From positions 1 to 64,000 of the forward strand of contig NIVC01000216.1 of assembly GCA_002269645.1 (NCBI GenBank): 64,000 bases of DNA. The letters run 5' to 3'. Numbering within the stretch: position 1 is the stretch's first letter; the number at the start of each line of letters is the position of its first letter. The stretch comes from Macrostomum lignano. Lineage: Eukaryota. The translations under genes and the position numbers were made by a program. The notes under the pieces were generated by a model. It had not been told where the DNA came from. It saw only the letters and a program-made list of their open reading frames with translations, and did no database searches. Of this stretch, positions 60,159 to 64,000 are shown in pieces.

Positions 60159-62240
60159 CTAATCAAACATGATTAAACTGCTACTATCGCTGACATTAAC
60201 GTTCCCTTCTCGGTCGGTGAGGTTGGAATTGACGGACTGGTCCATTGCGTGTTGCTCCTCAGACTCCTCAGGCTGCTGGCTGCAGCTGCTCAGCCTATCC
60301 AGGCAGTCAGTCAATCGGCCGAATTCGGCTAAATCCGCATAGTATCGTCGAATCGTTTCATCATGCGCAGATCTCAGTTTGCGCACAACAACGCGCGCCT
60401 GCCTGCCCGAGCCGTCGGCGTCGGCAATGGCAAACTTGCCAGAAATATCATTAACTTGTTGAGCAAAATTTTTAGCCTCAGTTTTGGCGCCAAATTGAAC
60501 TTCATAGGGCTCAGACTCCGCACTGCGCAGGTAGGCTACCACATTCTTCAGGTAAGGATTATTGTCCGGCGGCTCCGCAATCCACGGCTGATTCCAGCGA
60601 AATTCCGGCTCACCAACGCGGCACGAATTTGCTGCCTCAAGCTGGCGCCGGCGCAGCTCCAAGAGTTTGCGGCAGGCCCGACTGTCGGCCTGAAAGCCGT
60701 TGAGCAGCACCCGCTCGGCCAGGTCGCGCAGCAGATTGGAATAGGCCAGCTGGAGATGCTGGCGCTCCTCGTCGGTTGTGCCCGACCGCGACACCTGCTG
60801 GCCTAGCGAGTCGATTAGGCGATGAAATCGTTGCCAAAGCTCGTCGGATTGGACGGCGTGAAGGAAATCCACGAGTTCGATCAGATTCTCATTAGCGAAT
60901 GAGCGCTGGCTAAGGTAGGACCATTTTTCCTGGGACATTGTCAGGCGGAACTCGCCTCGGCGATAACGGCTCTCCGCTGACTGCAGCAGGCTGTCCACCA
61001 GGGTGCAAAGCAGACGCCGGCCACCGCCTGACATTTGAGTCGCATGCGGATGGCAAGTGTTAGGGCATATTTGGCTAAGGCATTTCTGGTTCCGCCTCCT
61101 TACATTCCTTTTACATACCTTATGACTTCAGTCTTCATACTTAGCTCGCTCCCCATCTCTGCCTTCTGTTCTCACGTGTTTCCTTGTTTCTCTTCTCATG
61201 CCTCCCCACTTCCTTCCCGTGTCTCTATTCTCTATAGTATCTCTCCCTCTCTCGCTTTCCACCTCTCCCCTCTCTTGCCGTCTCTCCCCTCTCCTTCCCA
61301 TCTCTCCACTCTTCCTGTCTCTCCCCTATCTCGCTTCACATCTCTCCCATCTCTTGCCATCTCTCCCCTCTCCTTCCCATCACTCCACTCTCTCGCTTCC
61401 CACCTCTCCCCTCTTCCTTTCTCTCCCCCATCTCGCTTCTCATCTCTCCCATCACTTGCCATTGCTCCCCTCTCCTTCCCATCTCTCCACTCTCTTGCTT
61501 CCCACCTCTCCCCTCTCCTTCCCATCTCTCCCCTCTCTTGCCATCTTTCCCCTCTCTTGCCATCTCTCCCCTCTCTTGCCATCTTTCCCCTCTGCTTCCC
61601 ATATCTCCCCTCTCTTGCCATCTTTCCCTTCTGCTTCCCATATCTACCCTCTTTCCCCTCTCCTCCCCATCTCTTCCCTCTCTCCCCATCTCTTCCCTCT
61701 CCTTCCCATCTCTCCCCTCTCCTTCCATATCATTCCCATGTCTCTCGCCTCTTCCCGTTCTCAGCTTACTTGACTGCCGGGACCGGCCAGCCAGAAACGA
61801 TCGCAAAGTTTTAGCAATAAAACTAGCAGAGTTAGCCACGCTCATGTTAACAAAGTCCACCAGCCTGCGACAGAGGCCCTCGTGCTCGCAGGCCAGCAGA
61901 CACTGCAGGCCGAATCGGACAGTGGGATTGTCCCCCCTGCCCGCATTGTTGTTGCCATCGCGGGCGGCCACTGCGCCGCTAGTGGCCGATTCAAGCGCTC
62001 GAATCAGCAGCACGGCCAGCGGCTGCGGCAGCGCGGTGGAACTGCAGGCGCTGACGGCAGCCTCCAGACTGGGGCACCATCTGAGGGTGATCGTTGGCTG
62101 AGCTGCTCAAGAGGCATTCGTGTGTGCGACATTGTAGCAATAGGAGTGACAGACAGACAGACACTAAGACAGACACTAAGACAGACAGACAGGCACTAAG
62201 ACAGACAGTAAGACAGACAGACAGACAGACAGACAGAGAA

Positions 62241-62333
<93 letters not shown>

Positions 62334-62336
62334 GAA

Positions 62337-62383
<47 letters not shown>

Positions 62384-64000
62384 CACAGACACACGGACAG
62401 GCACGCACACAAACAGACCTGGCCAGGTAGGTGAGGTGGGCAGAGGGCACGGCGCGCATCAGCCTCAGCATGCTGGTCTCCATAGCGGGCCAGCCGAACC
62501 TGGCAGCCAATCCGTACAGCCGGTCAGCCGTGGTGACGTTGCGGACGCCCAGACAGACCATCTGGCCGTGGGAGGCCGGCATCTCCCTGGCCAGGACTTC
62601 GCCAACGAATTTATTGGCCAGACTGGCGTCGTCGAGCTGGCCGAGGACGCGGAGCAGTTCAGCGTCAGCCGGCACCTTCAATGAGCGCCGCAGTCTGGGC
62701 CAGTCGGTCTCGCTGGCGAACGCGTCAAGCAGACAGCGCATCATAACTTGCAGGCCGGGATCGCAGCGGCGACCGAAATGAAGGGTTAAGCTGACCTGCG
62801 ATAAAAATGAGACCAGTGAGAACTTCAGGATACCAATGAGACCTTCAGGTCTATTCAAGGACTACAGGATACTATCCAAGGAGTACAGGATAACTATCCA
62901 AGGAGTACAGGATAACTATCCAAGGACAACAGGATACTATCCAAGGACTACAGGATACTATTTAAGGATTACAGGATACTACTCAAGGACTACAATATTC
63001 TATTCAAGGACAACAGGATACTATCCAAGGACTACAGGACACTATCCAAGGACTACAGGATACTATCCAATGACTACAGGATACTATCCAAGGACTACAG
63101 GATAACTATCCAAGGACTACAGGATACTATTCAAGGACTACAGGACACTATTCAAGGACTACAGGATGCTATCCAAGGACTACAGGATACTATCCAAGGA
63201 CTACGGGATACTATTCAAGGACTACAGGATAACTATTCAAGGACTACAGGATAACTATTCAAGGACTACAGGATACTATTCAAGGACTACAGGACACTAT
63301 TCAAGGACTACAGGATACTATTCAAGGACTACAGGACACTATTCAAGGACTCCAGGACACTACTCAAGGACTACAGGACACTATTCAAGGACTCCAGGAC
63401 ACTACTCAAGGACTATAGGATGCCTCTGAAACCCTTAGAACCCGCACCAAAGCGCTTAGGCCGCAGCCGCGGGCCAAATCAAAGCTCCGTTCAGCCGGCC
63501 AGGCAACCAGGGCGAACTGTTTAGCGTCGGTTGCTATAGCAGCCGCGTCGGCAACCGGATCCGCGTCGGCGTTCATAAGCTCGTCGCGATCGAGCTGCAA
63601 CTCGGACACTCGCATTCCGCACACGTACTCGAACAGCGCCCCGTCCAGGCTGTAGAAATGCTTGAAAGACAGGAATTCCACTGGCGGCGTTGCGCCGGCA
63701 AGCGCCGCTGAGATGCCGGCCATTGGCTGGCTGAGTGACGCGGCGGCGTCGCGGGCGTTCAAATCGCCATCGGCTGCGGCCACTTCAACCAGCAGCGGAA
63801 CTGTAGCCTGGGTGGCTGCCGATTCCGGCGCCTGCTGCGGCTGTTGCTGTTGCTGCTGCAGCTGGCGACGCCGCCGATAGGCGCTATCGCGCCGTTCGCG
63901 CCAGTCCGGCTGCAGCAAGGCGATGAAGCATTCCAGCTTCACGCGACTTGGCCATTCCTCTTGCAGTAGGCGCAACACGTAACGATCTTCCCCTTGTAGA
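60159..64000 (-). CDS. 5'-truncated multi-exon gene encoding more than 700 aa; resembles the C-terminal region of large 2OG-Fe(II) oxygenase-associated proteins
   Basis: Exons 63433 to beyond 64000, 62419-62795, 61770-62080 and 60159-61027; GT-AG and phase-consistent (0/2/1). Motifs [30 protein letters not shown] and PEFRWNQP...YLRS...EAKNFA...[12 protein letters not shown] recall the LKGxD / AALVxWP / PxFSWxxP...FLRS / GxGxxARVxIxK pattern of that family as remembered. No search was run. The gene model is more secure than the family call. Confidence 0.7.
61180..61740. repeat. CT-rich low-complexity intron tract (also at 57590-58150)
   Basis: Pyrimidine-rich degenerate repeats. Confidence 0.85.
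62145..62400. repeat. (GACA)n microsatellite filling an intron
   Basis: Visible run between exons 61770-62080 and 62419-62795. Confidence 0.95.
62855..63420. repeat. 21-bp minisatellite (AAGGACTACAGGATACTATTC) filling an intron
   Basis: About 26 units. Confidence 0.93.

Overview
Eukaryotic (animal) genomic DNA, not prokaryotic. Short GC-rich exons with GT-AG introns are embedded in more than 35 separate micro/minisatellite arrays. This architecture resembles the flatworm Macrostomum lignano, which is an inference from style only and was not checked. Six protein-coding genes can be built by hand with phase-consistent splice sites. (1) A BMAL1/CYCLE-like bHLH-PAS transcription factor (+, 20140-27717, 8 exons, about 688 aa). 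The other five all lie on the minus strand: (2) a PP6 regulatory subunit of the SAPS family (33004-40839, 5 exons); (3) the JmjC hydroxylase TYW5 (42297-44121, 3 exons); (4) an intronless four-TM MS4A/CD20-like protein with PPxY motifs (49240-49953); (5) an intronless MsrB (54352-54777); (6) a 5'-truncated multi-exon gene resembling the C-terminal part of patchily distributed 2OG-Fe(II)-oxygenase-associated proteins (60159 to beyond 64000). Mobile DNA: a defective DD34D mariner with unusually long TIRs inserted at a TA inside a 50-bp minisatellite (34891-36601), a tRNA-derived CORE-type SINE (about 11335-11645) and three hAT-end/CT-microsatellite elements. A 3.45-kb direct duplication flanking a 144-N gap is most likely an assembly artefact. 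No CRISPR array, rRNA or true tRNA gene was found. Most ORF-track entries are translations of tandem repeats. The best leads are the clock-type bHLH-PAS gene, the possible horizontally acquired gene, a possible trans-spliced same-strand gene cluster, and the minisatellite organisation (shared cores, higher-order repeats, a tandem CRE array). None is established as a new system from sequence alone.
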